Below are positions 63,024-64,000 of a DNA stretch of 64,000 bases, piece by piece. The number at the start of each line of letters is the position of its first letter. Positions within the stretch are counted from its first letter, which is position 1. Origin of the DNA: Narcine bancroftii (Eukaryota); the NCBI RefSeq assembly GCF_036971445.1, contig NC_091477.1, positions 5,208,001-5,272,000 on the forward strand, written 5' to 3'. The translations under genes and the position numbers were made by a program. A model generated the notes under the pieces. It did no database searches. It saw only the letters and a program-made list of their open reading frames with translations, and was not told where the DNA came from.

Positions 63024-64000
63024 GCAGCAATATGAAGAGGGCAAGGCCTGGGTAGTGATTGGCTTGATGATAAAGGCTACTTTCTTAAGACACGACCTCT
63101 TGCAGATATGCTCGATGGTGTGAAGACTGGTGCAAGTGATGTCGCTGGCCGAGTTAACAACTCTGGAGAGTTTTTCTTCCTGCCATGTGCATTTACTCCT
63201 CCCTATGAGACAATGATGCAACCAATCAGAGTCTTGGGTGACATGCCACATCTCCTCAAACTCCTGATGAAGTATTGCTGCTGGTGAGCTTTTTTCGCAA
63301 TTGGATCAAAATAGAGGTCCCAGGACAGATGCCCGGAGATTATTACACCCAGGAATATAAAATACTTAACCCTTTCCACTGTTGACTCTTCGATGAGGAC
63401 TGTTGTGTTCTCTTGATTTTCCGACCCTGAAGCCCAAAATCAGTTCCTTATTTTTGCAGACGTTTAGTGCAGGGTCTTCCTTTGTGACACCACTTAACTA
63501 ATTGATCTATCTCACTCCTATACGCTTTGTCATTGCCATCTATGTTTCTGCCGATGACAGTTGAGTCGACAAATTTGTCGATGGGATTTGAATTGTGCCG
63601 GGCCATTGAGGGAGCTCAATTTGCTCTTGTTGGATACCTGGATGATTGAAGCCCGTTTGAAGCAGTTGGACACTTTAATCACTCGTTAATGTTAAAGATA
63701 TAGCAGTAATTTAACCAGACAATTTTAAAATAATCTGCAGAAATAATAGTCTTCGATTCAGTGCAGTAACATCGTACAAATTAATCCCATGTTGACTTTT
63801 GAAGTTTTGCTTTCAGATTTTGCCTAATGTCCAAGGATGCAAAAAGTTTTTTTCAGTAGATATAATTGAAGTCTGCACTCAAGCACTTAAGTATGAAAAG
63901 CGATGGAGAACGCATAACTTATGCTTTTTTTTTTATCGCTGTGGAAACTGTGGATGAAAACTAACTTTTCAGAAATAAAATTACATTCCACGGGTTCATT

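Larger units (their letters stand above)
61920..63610 (-). mobile_element. Rex1/Babar-like LINE 3' fragment interrupted by an insertion at ~62163-63023
   Basis: LPSRKRYMNLKTNT..HKDSFF (61914..62186) continues after the insertion as LSRVVNSASDITCTSL...CLKKVAFIIK (62988..63251). Confidence 0.7.

Noticed and set aside
57420-64000. Search for Pcdh constant exons or an eighth variable promoter
   Set aside because: No constant-region-like coding segment and no GCTTTAAGAA/CCAAT module seen; the region is repeats and AT-rich DNA.

Overview
Vertebrate genomic DNA, most likely from a cartilaginous fish (shark or ray). This is inferred from the HE1/V-SINE-like, CR1, Rex1/Babar and Penelope-type repeats and from the protocadherin sequence style. 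The window covers part of the variable region of a clustered protocadherin (Pcdh) locus. Seven tandem, + strand, single large 'variable' first exons (~2.45 kb) each encode signal peptide + EC1-EC6 + TM + variable cytoplasmic domain. The six intact exons (ATGs at 3083, 11327, 19778, 30824, 38975, 48053) end at phase-0 GT donors; the seventh (54998) is a multiply disabled pseudogene. No constant exons are seen, so the subcluster cannot be assigned. Each exon has its own paralogous promoter with near-invariant spacing: GCTTTAAGAA-15/16-ATTGG-23/25-CCAAT-20-GTGATCYGCACAGCCCCCTTC. The classical CGCT box is intact in only one promoter. Six of seven exons carry a conserved 8-codon uORF overlapping the main ATG. 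Intergenic DNA is mostly decayed LINEs (CR1, Rex1/Babar, RTE), V-SINEs, Penelope remnants and a hAT/Charlie-type MITE family, including a composite dimeric MITE. There are two assembly gaps. All alignments were done by eye.
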